NCBI GenBank assembly: GCA_963716255.1
Contig: OY970303.1
Coordinates: 4,000,001-4,064,000 of the forward strand
DNA: 64,000 nt
Direction of reading: 5' to 3'
Source of the DNA: an uncultured Gemmatimonadales bacterium
GTDB lineage: Bacteria; Gemmatimonadota; Gemmatimonadetes; Longimicrobiales; Longimicrobiaceae
Part shown: positions 19,347 to 30,667 of the stretch, piece after piece
How the letters are laid out: each line of letters begins with the position of its first letter
Numbering within the stretch: position 1 is the stretch's first letter
Made by a program: the position numbers and the translations under genes
Notes under the pieces: model-generated
Database searches by the model: none
What the model was told of the DNA's origin: nothing
The model's input: the letters and a program-made list of their open reading frames with translations, nothing else

Positions 19347-19480
19347 CGCGTGAGGGATTTCGGCCCGAAGGGGCGAGACCCGGCGAGGCTGTTTCCGCCG
19401 GGGCTCGACTCCGTTAGGCAGCGTTGTTTGCTGCCTTACGGAGCCGAAGCCCGACCCCGGCGCCAGCCGGGGGCACGCCC
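19347..19480 (+). repeat. Structured repeat family A, copy 2
   Basis: Matches copy 1 with compensatory stem changes. Confidence 0.95.
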
Positions 19481-19633
19481 AACCCTGCTGTAAAAAGTCG
19501 TAGCAGTTTCCTCCCGCCCCTTGCCCCTCCCGGAAGCGCCGGGCACTATTCCCGCTTCCCCGCACACGGACGCTGCGCACGGCCCGGTCCTTGCCGCGTC
19601 GCGCGGGTCACGTATCGCCCGCAGCCCGACATC

Positions 19634-21052
19634 ATGATTCGACGCACCAAGATCGTCTGCACGCTGGGCCCGGCCACCTGGTCGCGCGACCGCATCGCCT
19701 CGCTGATCTCCGCGGGGATGGACGTGGCCCGGATCAATTTCTCGCACGGCGACCTCACCCGTCACGCGGAGACCATCCGCAACGTCCGCGAGGCCGCGCT
19801 GGCCGCCGGGCGCCCCATCGCGGTGCTCGGCGACCTGCAGGGCCCCAAGATCCGCGTGGGCGTGCTCCCCGAGCCGGTGGAGCTGAGCCCCGGCGACGGG
19901 GTGTGGTTCGCCCCCGAGGGGCAGCACCGCCCGGGCGAGCTCCCCACCACCTTCACCGAGCTGGCGCAGGACGTGGAGGTGGGCGACGTGGTGCTCCTGG
20001 CGGACGGGCTCATGGAGCTGATCGTGGAGGACGTGGAGGTCCCCCGCGTGAAGATGCGCGTGATCCATGGCGGGACGCTCACCTCCAACAAGGGGATCAA
20101 CCTCCCGGGCACGCGCGTCAGCGTCCCCTCGCTCACGGAAAAGGACCTTCGCGACCTGGAGTTCGCGCTGGAGCAGGAGGTGGACTACCTGGCCCTGTCC
20201 TTCGTGCGCTCGGTCGAGGACGTGCAGGACCTGCTGCGGCGCATTCCCCCGGGCGGGCCGCTGGTGGTGGTCAAGGTGGAGAAGGGGCACGCGCTGGAGA
20301 ACCTGGAGGCCATCATGGAGGCCTCCGCGGCGGCGATGGTGGCCCGCGGCGACCTGGGGGTGGAGCTGCCGTTCGAGCGGGTGCCGCTGGCGCAGAAGCG
20401 CATGATCCAGCTCGCCAACTTCACCGGGCGGCCGGTGATCACCGCCACGCAGATGCTGGAGTCCATGATCGAGAACCCGCGCCCCACGCGCGCGGAGGCC
20501 TCGGACGTGGCCAACGCCATCATCGACGGCACGGACGCGGTGATGCTCTCGGCCGAGACGGCCACGGGGCGCTTCCCCATGGAAGCGGTGAAGTCCATGG
20601 TGCGCATCGCCCAGGAGATCGAGGACTCGCACATCATCGAAGGCGGGCCGCACTACGACATCCCCCTGGAGCGCCCCACCGACGGCCACACGCCCACGGA
20701 GCGCGCCGTGGCCGCCGCCACCGCGGAGGCGGCGCGCCGCCTGAACGCGCCGCTGATCCTCACCTTCACCAGCAGCGGCTCCACCGCGCGCGTGGTGTCG
20801 TCCTTCCGCCCCCCGGTCCCCATCCTGGCGCTCACAGACTCGCAGCGCACCTACAACCAGCTGGCGCTGGTGTGGGGGGTGGTGCCGGTGCTCTGCTCGG
20901 TGGACGCGGGCTTCGAGGAGATGCTGGCCTGCGGCAAGCACGAGGCGATCAAGCGCGGCCTGGCGGTGCGCGGCGACCGCATCGTGGTCACCGCCGGCTA
21001 CCCCATGCACGTGCCGGGCACCACCAACCTGCTGCAGGTGGAGGTGCTGTGA
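19634..21052 (+). CDS. pyk: Pyruvate kinase
   Basis: RRTKIVCTLGP, ARINFSHG, DLQGPKIR, MVARGDLGVE, ATQMLESM, PTRAEASDV. Confidence 0.97.
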   Translation: MIRRTKIVCTLGPATWSRDRIASLISAGMDVARINFSHGDLTRHAETIRNVREAALAAGRPIAVLGDLQGPKIRVGVLPEPVELSPGDGVWFAPEGQHRPGELPTTFTELAQDVEVGDVVLLADGLMELIVEDVEVPRVKMRVIHGGTLTSNKGINLPGTRVSVPSLTEKDLRDLEFALEQEVDYLALSFVRSVEDVQDLLRRIPPGGPLVVVKVEKGHALENLEAIMEASAAAMVARGDLGVELPFERVPLAQKRMIQLANFTGRPVITATQMLESMIENPRPTRAEASDVANAIIDGTDAVMLSAETATGRFPMEAVKSMVRIAQEIEDSHIIEGGPHYDIPLERPTDGHTPTERAVAAATAEAARRLNAPLILTFTSSGSTARVVSSFRPPVPILALTDSQRTYNQLALVWGVVPVLCSVDAGFEEMLACGKHEAIKRGLAVRGDRIVVTAGYPMHVPGTTNLLQVEVL

Positions 21053-21074
21053 CGGCGCCGCCGAGCGGGGCACG

Positions 21075-21851
21075 GTGAGGCTCCGCTTCCTGGGGACGGG
21101 GACGTCGTTCGGCGTCCCCGTCGTCGGCTGCGGGTGCGCCACCTGCACCTCGGCGGACCCGCGCGACCGGCGCACCCGGCACGGCGCGCTGCTGGAGGAC
21201 GGCGACCGCAGGCTGCTGGTGGACACCCCGCCGGAGCTGCGCCTTCAATTGGTGGAGGCGGGGGTGGGGCGGGTGGACGCGGTGTGGTACACCCATTGCC
21301 ACGCCGACCACGTGCACGGGGTGGACGACCTGCGCGTCTTCTCGGTGCGGCGCGACCGGCCGCTCCCGGTGTGGGCCTCGGAGGAGTGCGTGGACACGCT
21401 TCGCGCCCGCTTCGCCTACGTGTTCGACCCGGAGATCCGGCCCATCGAGGGGACCACCAAGCCGGAAGCGGAGCTTTCGCCCTTCCGCGCCTACGAGGAG
21501 GTGGAGGTGGCGGGCTTCCGCATGCTTCCCCTTCCCGTGCCGCACGGGCTGGTGGAGGCGTTCGGGTTCCGCGTCGGTGACCTGGGCTACATCACCGACG
21601 CCAAGCGGCTCCCCGAGCGCACCCGCGAGGCGCTGGCCGGGGTGCGGGTGCTGGTGCTCAACGCCCTCTGGTACGGCAACCCGCACCCGACGCACTTCAC
21701 CGTCGAGGAAGCGGTGGAGGCGGCGCTGGAGGTCGGCGCCGAGCGGACGTACCTGACCCACTTCAGCCACCGGGTTCGGCACGCGGAGCTGGAGGCGCGG
21801 CTTCCGTCCGGTGTCGCGCCGGCGTACGACGGGCTGGTGGTGGAGTTTTGA
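21075..21851 (+). CDS. MBL-fold metallo-hydrolase (PhnP/YycJ-like phosphodiesterase)
   Basis: LGTGTSFGVP, CxCxxC, THCHADHVHG, YITD, THFSH. Confidence 0.9.
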   Translation: MRLRFLGTGTSFGVPVVGCGCATCTSADPRDRRTRHGALLEDGDRRLLVDTPPELRLQLVEAGVGRVDAVWYTHCHADHVHGVDDLRVFSVRRDRPLPVWASEECVDTLRARFAYVFDPEIRPIEGTTKPEAELSPFRAYEEVEVAGFRMLPLPVPHGLVEAFGFRVGDLGYITDAKRLPERTREALAGVRVLVLNALWYGNPHPTHFTVEEAVEAALEVGAERTYLTHFSHRVRHAELEARLPSGVAPAYDGLVVEF

Positions 21852-21877
21852 GGGTGTAGCCGGTTCTTTCGCATGAA

Positions 21878-22029
21878 GCCGCTCCGGAGCCCGGCGATAC
21901 TGCTGCCGGTCTCCTGCGCGGGCGCAGGGAGCCCCGCCAAACCGCCGGCGGGTCTCCCTGCGCCGGAGTGAGCCAGGCCAAACTGCCGGCCTGTCTCCCT
22001 CCGAACAGATTCATGTGGATACCGCGAAC
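21878..22029 (-). repeat. Structured repeat family B, copy 2
   Basis: Aligns with 8906-9058 with covarying stems. Confidence 0.9.
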
Positions 22030-22043
22030 CTGCAACGACAAAG

Positions 22044-22098
22044 CCCCCTCTCCCAGAATTGGGAGAGGGTGGCGAGCCTCCAGCGAGCCCGGTGAGGG
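22044..22098 (+). repeat. Family C REP-like palindrome
   Basis: CCCTCTCCCAGAATTGGGAGAGGG-TGGCGAGC..GCGAGCCCGGTGAGGG. Confidence 0.7.
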
Positions 22099-22133
22099 CC
22101 CGCCGTTTATTCCCTCTTCCCTAGCCGTTGACC

Positions 22134-23555
<1,422 letters not shown>

Positions 23556-23586
23556 GAGCACGTTCCCGCGGACGCAGCGCAAACCC

Positions 23587-23716
23587 CGCGTGAGGGATTT
23601 CGGCCCGAAGGGGCGAGACCGCGCGGCTGTTTGCGCGGGCTCGACTCCGTTGGGCTGCGTTGTTTGCAGCCCTACGGAGCCGAAGCCCGACCCCGGCGCC
23701 AGCCGGGGGCACGCCC
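23587..23716 (+). repeat. Structured repeat family A, copy 3
   Basis: Near-identical to copy 1. Confidence 0.95.
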
Positions 23717-23790
23717 GGACCCCGCGTTTCAGAGCAGGGTAACAAAACACGTGGCTCCGGATGAAACGCTCCGAGGAGTGACCGATCAAA

Positions 23791-24684
23791 ATGGAAAAGC
23801 TGAGAGTCTTCGGCCTGATGACCCTGCTCACCCTGCTGCTGGTGGGCCTTGGCGGATACGTGGGCGGGCAGGGCGGGATGGTGGCGTTCTTCGCCGTCGC
23901 GGTGGCGATGAACTTCGGGATGTACTGGTTCAGCGACCGCATCGTCCTGCGGCAGTACGGCGCGCACGTGGTGCAGCCGGGCGAGGAGGGCGGGCGCTTC
24001 GACGCGCTGTACGCCATGGTGGACCGCCTGCGGCAGAGCGCCGGGCTTCCCATGCCGGTGGTGGCGGTGTCCGAGCAGCCGCAGCCCAACGCCTTCGCCA
24101 CGGGTCGCAACCCCGAGCACGCGGTGGTGTGCGTGACGCGGGGAATGTGGGAGCTGGTGGCGCGCGGCCAGATGACGCCCGACGAGCTGGAGGCGGTGAT
24201 GGCCCACGAGCTGGCGCACGTGAAGCACCGCCACATGCTGGTGGGGACCATTGCCGCGAGCATGGCCGGCGCGGTGATGATGATCGGCAACATGCTCAAG
24301 TGGGGCGCCATCTTCGGGATGGGGCGCGACGACGAGGACGGCAACCCGGTGGCGCTCCTCGCCCTGGCGATCCTGGCGCCCGTCGCCGCGATGATCGTGC
24401 AGATGACCATCTCGCGCCGCAACGAGTTCGAGGCGGACGCGGGCGCCGCCGCCATCAGCGGCAAGCCGCTGGCGCTGGCCAGCGCGCTGCGCAAGATCGA
24501 GACGATCGCGCGCGGGCACCCCATGCACGTGTCGCCCTCGGCGGCGCACCTGGCGATCGTCAACCCGCTGGCGGGGGTGGGCGGCCTGGCGGGGCTGTTC
24601 CGCACGCACCCGCCCACGGAGGACCGGGTGGAGCGCCTGCAGCAGATCGCGGCGCGCCACGACGTCGCGGCGCTCACCCGGTGA
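23791..24684 (+). CDS. htpX: Zinc metalloprotease HtpX (M48)
   Basis: PNAFATGRNP, HELAH, ISRRNEFEAD, FRTHPP. Confidence 0.93.
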   Translation: MEKLRVFGLMTLLTLLLVGLGGYVGGQGGMVAFFAVAVAMNFGMYWFSDRIVLRQYGAHVVQPGEEGGRFDALYAMVDRLRQSAGLPMPVVAVSEQPQPNAFATGRNPEHAVVCVTRGMWELVARGQMTPDELEAVMAHELAHVKHRHMLVGTIAASMAGAVMMIGNMLKWGAIFGMGRDDEDGNPVALLALAILAPVAAMIVQMTISRRNEFEADAGAAAISGKPLALASALRKIETIARGHPMHVSPSAAHLAIVNPLAGVGGLAGLFRTHPPTEDRVERLQQIAARHDVAALTR

Positions 24685-25601
24685 GCGGGGAGGCGGGGCC
24701 CTACGCCGACCGTGCGCTGATCGTCCTGAACCCCGCCGCGGGGCAGGAAGACCCCCTTCGAGTGCGCCGCCTGCTGGGCGGCGCATTCGCCGTCCGGGGG
24801 GCCTCCTTCGACCTGGTGGAGACGGCCGGGGCGGGGGACGCGGAGCGCTTCGCGCGCGACGCGGTGCGGCTGGGCTATCGCGCGGTGGTGGCGGTGGGGG
24901 GCGACGGCACGGTGGCGGAGGTGATCACCGGGCTGGCCGGCACGCAGGTGCCGCTGGCCGTGGTGGCGCAGGGGACGGGGAACCAGGTGGCGTGCAACCT
25001 GGGGATCCCGCGCGACATCGAGGGCGCGGTGGAGGTGGCGGTCCACGGCGTCCCCGCGCCCATGGACCTGGGGCAGCTCGCCGACGGGCGCTACTTCGCG
25101 CTCATGGCCGGCGCGGGCTGGGACGCGGAGGTGATGACGGCCGCCACGCGCGAGCTCAAGGACCGCTGGGGCTTCGGCGCGTACCTGTACGCCGGCCTCC
25201 GCCGCGCGCTGGCGCCCCCCTCGGCGCTCTTCCGCATCACCGCGGACGGCCGCGAGTTCACGGTGAGCGCCGCCACGGTGATCGTCGCCAACGTGGGCCA
25301 GATCGTCTATGACCTGCTCCCGGTGGACCTGCGCATCGGCCCCGGCGTGTCCTTTCACGACGGGATGCTAGACGTGTGCATCTTCGCCCCGCGCACCTTC
25401 AGCGACGTGGCCGCCGTGCTCTGGCGCGTGGCCCGCGGCCAGTACGTGGGCGACGACCGCATGATCTACCTGCGCGCCCGCGACATCCGCATCGAGTCCG
25501 AGACCCCCGTGGTGACGCAGGTGGACGGCGACGTGGTGGGCGAGACTCCGCTGGAGGTACGCGCCGTGGAGGGCGGGGTGCGGGTGCTGGTGCCGCGATA
25601 G
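24681..25601 (+). CDS. Diacylglycerol/lipid kinase family protein (YegS/BmrU-like)
   Basis: LNPAAG, GGDGT, GTGN, QVDGD; GTGA overlap. Confidence 0.9.
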   Translation: MSGEAGPYADRALIVLNPAAGQEDPLRVRRLLGGAFAVRGASFDLVETAGAGDAERFARDAVRLGYRAVVAVGGDGTVAEVITGLAGTQVPLAVVAQGTGNQVACNLGIPRDIEGAVEVAVHGVPAPMDLGQLADGRYFALMAGAGWDAEVMTAATRELKDRWGFGAYLYAGLRRALAPPSALFRITADGREFTVSAATVIVANVGQIVYDLLPVDLRIGPGVSFHDGMLDVCIFAPRTFSDVAAVLWRVARGQYVGDDRMIYLRARDIRIESETPVVTQVDGDVVGETPLEVRAVEGGVRVLVPR

Positions 25602-25623
25602 GCGAAAGTGCGAAGTGCGAAAC

Positions 25624-25661
25624 GACGGCGCCCCACCGGGATCTCCCGGTGGGGCGCCGTC
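25624..25661. terminator. Hairpin, probably a bidirectional terminator between convergent genes
   Basis: GACGGCGCCCCACCGGGA-TC-TCCCGGTGGGGCGCCGTC perfect inverted repeat. Confidence 0.6.
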
Positions 25662-25662
25662 T

Positions 25663-25795
25663 GCGTGAGGGATGCGCGCCCGGCAGGGCCGAGACCCGCG
25701 GGGCTGTTTCCGCGGGGCTCGGCGGAGTTACGCACGGTTGTTTCGTGCGTTACTCCGCGCGCAGCCCGACCCCGGCGTCAGCCGGGGGCACGCCC
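25663..25795 (+). repeat. Structured repeat family A, copy 4 (highly diverged, structure kept)
   Basis: Same ends and loops; whole stems replaced by compensatory sequences. Confidence 0.9.
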
Positions 25796-25830
25796 AACCC
25801 GTCGTTAAAAGCCGTTCCCTGATCCGCGCC

Positions 25831-27627
25831 TCACGGCACGAAGGCCGGGAGCGACGCGTCGCGGGCTTCCCACTTGCTGGCGCTGATCTTGTCCTGAAGG
25901 ACCAGGCTGCTCGTGGAGGTGCTGAGGCCGGCGGCCTTGAGGCTGGCCGTGGTGAAGGTGAGCAGCCGGTCCGCCCGGCCGTCGCCGTTGTAGTCCTTGA
26001 CGGTGGTCTGGTACGCGGTGCCGCGCATGGCCACCGGCACGCCCGAGCCGGAGCCGTCCACCACCAGGCGGGTGTTCGCCACGTTGATGGCCGCGGCGTC
26101 GAAGTCCTGCTTGGAGTACAGCACCACGTTCACGGCCGGCGAGCTCGCCAGGCTGATGGTGGCGGGCTGCACGTCCATGGTCGCCAGGCGCCAGCCGGTG
26201 ACGGCCTGGTAGACGTTGATCTTCCCGAAGCCGAACTCGTTGTCGAAGCCGGGGGTGCCCAGGTCGTCCGCCGTGTTCTTCAGGCGGGCCAGCACCGAGT
26301 CGACGTTGGTCATCCCGTTGGCGATGAGCAGCGCGGCCAGCCCGGTGACCTGCGGCGTGGCCATGGAGGTGCCCGCCAGCCAGGCGTACGAGTTGGTCAC
26401 CACCTCGGTGGCGTCGCCGTCCACCGACAGGATCAGGCTGTAGCCGTTGGGAAGGCTCTCGCCGTCGCCGCCGGGAGCGGACAGCTCGATGTCGGGGCTG
26501 TAGTTGGAGTAGCTGGCGCGGGTGTCGTTCCAGTCGGTGGCGCCCACCGCCACGCACTCCGGGAAGCGCGCCGGGAAGCCGATCCCCGGGAAGTTGTCGT
26601 TGCCCGTGGAGCAGAAGGGCAGGACGTTGTGGGCGCGCGCGTACTGGAGCGCCGCCTGCTGCGCCGCGGAGCCCACGGTGGCGTTGGGGGCGCCGCCGAG
26701 GCTCAGGTTGATGACGTTGGCGCCGTTGTCCGTCGCCCACACGATGGCGTTCGCCGTGGACGAGTTGGGGCAGGAGGTCTGGACGACGTTGCCCGGGAAC
26801 AGGTACAGGTCGCACCCCTTGGCGTTGATCAGCTTGATGTTGGCGCCGTACGCCACGCCGGACACGCCCAGGCCGTTGTTGCCGCGGGCGGCGGCGATGC
26901 CGGCCACGTGCGAGCCGTGGCCGTCACGGTCGCTGACCAGCGTGTCGGGGTAGCCGGTGGCGAAGTTCCGCTCCAGGATCACCCGGCCGACGAGGTCCTG
27001 GTGGTTGTTCTGGATCCCCGTGTCCACGATGGCGATCGTGGCCGAGCCAGCGAAGCCCGAGCCCAGGTACTGGAACGCCTCCAGCCAGTCGATGTCGGCG
27101 TCCACCACGCCCGAGCTGGACAGCACGGTGCCGGAGCTGTTGGTGATGCTGCCCTTGTTGTGCAGGTCCCACTTGTAGCCGAAGAACCCGTCGTTCGGGG
27201 TGTTGCACGACCCCGTCTCGCAGGGGACGATGGCGTTCAGGTAGTCGGGCTCGGCGAAGTCCACGCGCGCGGCGGAGCCGAGGCCGGCGACGACCTCCTT
27301 CTCCTGCCCGGCGGGAACGGCGATGAGCCAGGTGTCGGGGAGCAGCATCTGCTCCATGACGGTGGCGCCCTGGGCGGCCACGATCTGCTCCACGGCGGCC
27401 TGGGAGGTGCCGGCGGCGAACTGCACGATGATCTGCCCGGACACGTACGGCAGGATGTCGTCGGTGCCCACGCTCAGGCGCACGATGGACCGGGGGTCCT
27501 GCGGCAGGCGCGCCATCTCGGTGGGGCTGTCGTCCGAGCAGGCGGCAAGCACGAGCATACCGGCGGCGGCGGCGACCCGGCCGGCGCGGGTGAGCGGCGG
27601 GGCGATGGGTCTGTTGAAGAGAGGCAT
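25831..27627 (-). CDS. S8 subtilisin-like serine peptidase, lipoprotein
   Basis: LAAC lipobox; IVDTG, GHGSHVAG, GTSMATP triad motifs. Confidence 0.92.
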   Translation of the reverse strand: MPLFNRPIAPPLTRAGRVAAAAGMLVLAACSDDSPTEMARLPQDPRSIVRLSVGTDDILPYVSGQIIVQFAAGTSQAAVEQIVAAQGATVMEQMLLPDTWLIAVPAGQEKEVVAGLGSAARVDFAEPDYLNAIVPCETGSCNTPNDGFFGYKWDLHNKGSITNSSGTVLSSSGVVDADIDWLEAFQYLGSGFAGSATIAIVDTGIQNNHQDLVGRVILERNFATGYPDTLVSDRDGHGSHVAGIAAARGNNGLGVSGVAYGANIKLINAKGCDLYLFPGNVVQTSCPNSSTANAIVWATDNGANVINLSLGGAPNATVGSAAQQAALQYARAHNVLPFCSTGNDNFPGIGFPARFPECVAVGATDWNDTRASYSNYSPDIELSAPGGDGESLPNGYSLILSVDGDATEVVTNSYAWLAGTSMATPQVTGLAALLIANGMTNVDSVLARLKNTADDLGTPGFDNEFGFGKINVYQAVTGWRLATMDVQPATISLASSPAVNVVLYSKQDFDAAAINVANTRLVVDGSGSGVPVAMRGTAYQTTVKDYNGDGRADRLLTFTTASLKAAGLSTSTSSLVLQDKISASKWEARDASLPAFVP

Positions 27628-27661
27628 CTCGGGTACTCCCTGGGGGTGGTCGGAGAAAGGG

Positions 27662-28240
27662 TCAGGCGTCGGCGCTCTGCTCGCGGCGGCGGCGCCGGCG
27701 GGCGGCGGCCACGCCGAGCAGCCCGGTGCCGAGCAGGCTCATGGTGACGGGCTCGGGGGTGACGGTCCCGGAGATGGTCTGCTGGTCCGCCGTGGTGCCC
27801 GTGTAGTCGAAGTACAGGGTGTTGGTGTTGGACTGCCCCTGGGGGTCCACCTGCAGGTCGACGTAGCCGGTGCTGCCTGCGTCGGCCAGGGTGAACGGCG
27901 CGCCGCTCTCGGTGAAGTTGATGAAGAGCTGGCGGCCGGCCATGCCGTTGGTGGTGGCCCCGCCGAAGTCGCCGAAGTCGTCGTGCGCGCCGTAGGAGCC
28001 GAAGCCGCTCGCCGGGACGAAGCTCCACCCGCTGCCGGTGAGCGTCAGCGTCAGGGTGTTCAGCGCCAGGTTGGATTCCAGCGCCTGGAGGAAGAAGCGG
28101 ACCTGGCTGCACCCCACGCCGGGGACGCAGGTGGCGTAGCCGCTGGTGTCGAACGTCTGCGCGGCGGCCGGGGACGCGCTGCCGGCGGCTGCCGCGAGGG
28201 CCCCGACGGCGAGGAGGAGGGTACGGACGTGTCTGGTCAT
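27662..28240 (-). CDS. PEP-CTERM sorting-domain protein
   Basis: Signal peptide; C-terminal TPEPVTMSLLGTGLLGVAAARRRRRR. Confidence 0.9.
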   Translation of the reverse strand: MTRHVRTLLLAVGALAAAAGSASPAAAQTFDTSGYATCVPGVGCSQVRFFLQALESNLALNTLTLTLTGSGWSFVPASGFGSYGAHDDFGDFGGATTNGMAGRQLFINFTESGAPFTLADAGSTGYVDLQVDPQGQSNTNTLYFDYTGTTADQQTISGTVTPEPVTMSLLGTGLLGVAAARRRRRREQSADA

Positions 28241-28419
28241 CGGATGCGGTAAGTGAGGGGTGGTGGTGGTCCGGGACGCGTGTGCGGCGCGCCGGACGGC
28301 GCGTGCGGGCACGGCCGACGGCGCGCCCCCGGGAGGGGCGCGCGGGGCGCACGCGGCTGCGGCGAGGCAGAAGGTCAAGGGCGCTCCGGGTGGATCGTGG
28401 CTGCGGTCGAGCCAGGGTC

Positions 28420-28504
28420 CCCCGCTTCGGTGGCCGGACGGTCTCGGAGAGACTCCAGGCTTTGCGGACCGGCCTCACGGCCGGGGTGCCATTTTCGCGC
28501 GAGG
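28420..28504 (-). ncRNA. c-di-GMP-I (GEMM) riboswitch
   Basis: CGAAAAUGGCACCCCGGCC-GUGA-GGCCGGUCCGCAAAGCCUGGAGUCU..AGACCGUCCGGCCACCGAAG in the leader of the PEP-CTERM gene. Confidence 0.8.
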
Positions 28505-28576
28505 CGTGACGAGCCGCACGTGTACCCGGGAGGAGAGGGTCGGCGTGCGGCGAGTCTGGGAAGCGCCGCGGAGGAT

Positions 28577-28592
28577 TGCAGCACGCGTGCCT
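28577..28592 (-). promoter_or_regulatory. Putative sigma54 promoter upstream of the riboswitch and PEP-CTERM gene
   Basis: AGGCACGCGTGCTGCA = GG-N10-GC, about 70 nt upstream of the aptamer. Confidence 0.5.
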
Positions 28593-28764
28593 GTCGCGCG
28601 CGATCGCGTAAGTACCTGCGAACAAAGAACTAAGGGCGATTGGCCCGTGACGGGCTGGGGCGATTTCGGTGGGATCGAACCGGCAACTGTCGTCCCGGCT
28701 CTACAAACACTCGACGGGTTCTATACGGGTTCCGTTCGAAGTCCGGCGGTGCGACACACCGTGT

Positions 28765-28803
28765 AGACAAAGCCCGCCCGGCCGCATGGCCGGACGGGCT
28801 TTC
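28765..28803 (-). terminator. Intrinsic terminator downstream of the subtilase gene
   Basis: AAAGCCCGTCCGGCC-ATGC-GGCCGGGCGGGCTTTGT on the - strand. Confidence 0.6.
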
Positions 28804-28813
28804 CCGGGATTCC

Positions 28814-28947
28814 CGCGTGAGGGATTTCGGCCCGAAGGGGCGAGACCCGGCGGGGTTGTTTCCGCCGGGGCTCGACTCCGTCAGGCAGCGTTGTTTGCTG
28901 CCTTACGGAGCCGAAGCCCGACCCCGGCGCCAGCCGGGGGCACGCCC
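28814..28947 (+). repeat. Structured repeat family A, copy 5
   Basis: Most similar to copy 2. Confidence 0.95.
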
Positions 28948-28972
28948 GATCCCGCAGTTGCCTAAAAATCCA

Positions 28973-30430
28973 TTACCGGACGGACTGGTACGCGTTCACC
29001 CACCCGTGTCCGTAGAACGCGTCGTTGCCGGGCTTGCCCAGGTCCGCCGCCCCCCGCTTCAGCGCCGCCTCCACCCGTGCGGGCGCCATCCGGCCGCCCC
29101 CCGCCTCGATGACCAGCGCCGCGATCCCCGCCACGACCGGCGCCGCCATGCTGGTGCCGGGCCGCCAGTCGTACCCCCCCGCCGCGCTGGTCCCCCGGAC
29201 TGTGCTCATGACCATGTCGTACCACCAGCACTCGCGGAAGGCGAAGGTGACCCGGCACCGGTCGGTGCCGGAGTAGGCGAAGTCGCCGCCGGGCGCCGCC
29301 AGGTCCACCAGCGACTTGCCGTAGTTGGTGTACGACGCCGGCCGCGAGAAGTCGGTGGCGCCCTTGGCCCAGCCCACGGGGCCGGTGGCGGACACGCCGA
29401 TGACGTGCGTCGCCGTGGACGGGACGTTGATCCACCCCTTGGCCTCGTCGAAGTTGCGCCCGTCGTTGCCGACGGCGGAGATCAGCGTCACCCCCTGCCT
29501 GTGGGCGTAGCGGGTGGCCCGGTCGACCGACTTCTCCAGCTCCTTCACGGACTCCCGGTACTCCTTGTCCTTGGTCTTGGCGTCCAGGGAGAGCCCCAGG
29601 CTCATGTTGATGACGTCCGCGCCGGCGCCGCCCTGGTCGCGCGGGGTCGCGGCGTAGTAGATGCCCGCGATGATGCCGTCGAAGTCGCCGATGTTGGCGT
29701 CCAGGACCTTGACGCCGATGAGGGTGGCGCCGGGGGCGATGCCGACGACGCCGATGCCGTTGTCCGCGGCCCCGACGATCCCCGCGACGTGGGTGCCGTG
29801 CCAGAAGGTGCCCACGTCCTGGTCGAAGGTACGGCCCGGGATGAAGGAGCGCGAGGCCGCCCGGTCCACGTTGGCGCTCAGGTCGGGGTGGTCGGCGTAC
29901 AGCCCGCCGTCCAGGATGGCGACCCGCACGCCCCGCCCGGTGTAGCCGGCGTTCCACGCCTCGGGGGCATGCACCGCGGCGGGCGCCCACTGGAGCCCGT
30001 AGAACGGCTCGTCGTCCGCCAGGCTGGCGACGCTCGCCCGGACCGGCGGCAGGGTGGGGGGCGCGTCGAGGGAGACCGCCTCGCCGGGGCTCACCCACTG
30101 CGCCGTCACGTCCGCGGTGACCGACTCCACCCCGGCGATGCGGCCGGCGAGCGCCCTGAAGCCGGGGGCCGCGGAACTCGCGACGGCCACGCCCAGCTCG
30201 GGGTACGCCCGCTCCAGCGTGCCTCCCGCGGCGGCGACCTGCGCGGCCAGGTCGCGCGGCAGCGACTCCGCCGAGGCGAGGATCAGGTAGCGGCCGGTCG
30301 TGACGCCCTCGGACAGGGCGGGCGCGGTCCCCGGAGCGGCGGGGCCGGCGAGATCGCCGGAGCAGGCGGCGAGCGTGGCGGCTCCCGCCAGCGCCAGGGC
30401 GAGGGCCGGCCGGGGGACGGAACGGAGCAT
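28973..30430 (-). CDS. S8 subtilisin-like serine peptidase, lipoprotein
   Basis: LAAC lipobox; ILDGG, WHGTHVAG, GTSMAAP. Confidence 0.92.
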   Translation of the reverse strand: MLRSVPRPALALALAGAATLAACSGDLAGPAAPGTAPALSEGVTTGRYLILASAESLPRDLAAQVAAAGGTLERAYPELGVAVASSAAPGFRALAGRIAGVESVTADVTAQWVSPGEAVSLDAPPTLPPVRASVASLADDEPFYGLQWAPAAVHAPEAWNAGYTGRGVRVAILDGGLYADHPDLSANVDRAASRSFIPGRTFDQDVGTFWHGTHVAGIVGAADNGIGVVGIAPGATLIGVKVLDANIGDFDGIIAGIYYAATPRDQGGAGADVINMSLGLSLDAKTKDKEYRESVKELEKSVDRATRYAHRQGVTLISAVGNDGRNFDEAKGWINVPSTATHVIGVSATGPVGWAKGATDFSRPASYTNYGKSLVDLAAPGGDFAYSGTDRCRVTFAFRECWWYDMVMSTVRGTSAAGGYDWRPGTSMAAPVVAGIAALVIEAGGGRMAPARVEAALKRGAADLGKPGNDAFYGHGWVNAYQSVR

Positions 30431-30563
30431 GAGATACCTCTGGGTGCTGTGGTTCGCCGGGCGGGGATGTGGACCCCACGGATTGCTCCGGCGGCGCCGA
30501 TGTCGCGGCGTCTGAAGCGTTTCGGTACGAATGTCCCGGAAAGGAGCGATGCGAGCTCGACGG

Positions 30564-30593
30564 ACGATACCGTGTACGGTGGCGGTGCGTCAA
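30564..30593 (-). promoter_or_regulatory. Putative sigma70 promoter
   Basis: TTGACG-N18-TATCGT upstream of the 30430 start. Confidence 0.45.
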
Positions 30594-30606
30594 GCGCACC
30601 GCGGGT

Positions 30607-30646
30607 AAAAAATCGCGGGGGAGGCTCTTCGAGCCTCCCCCGGGTC
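30607..30646 (-). terminator. Intrinsic terminator
   Basis: CGGGGGAGGCTC-GAA-GAGCCTCCCCCG followed by CGATTTTT on the - strand. Confidence 0.7.
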
Positions 30647-30667
30647 CTGCTTCCCTGCCGGTTCAGC

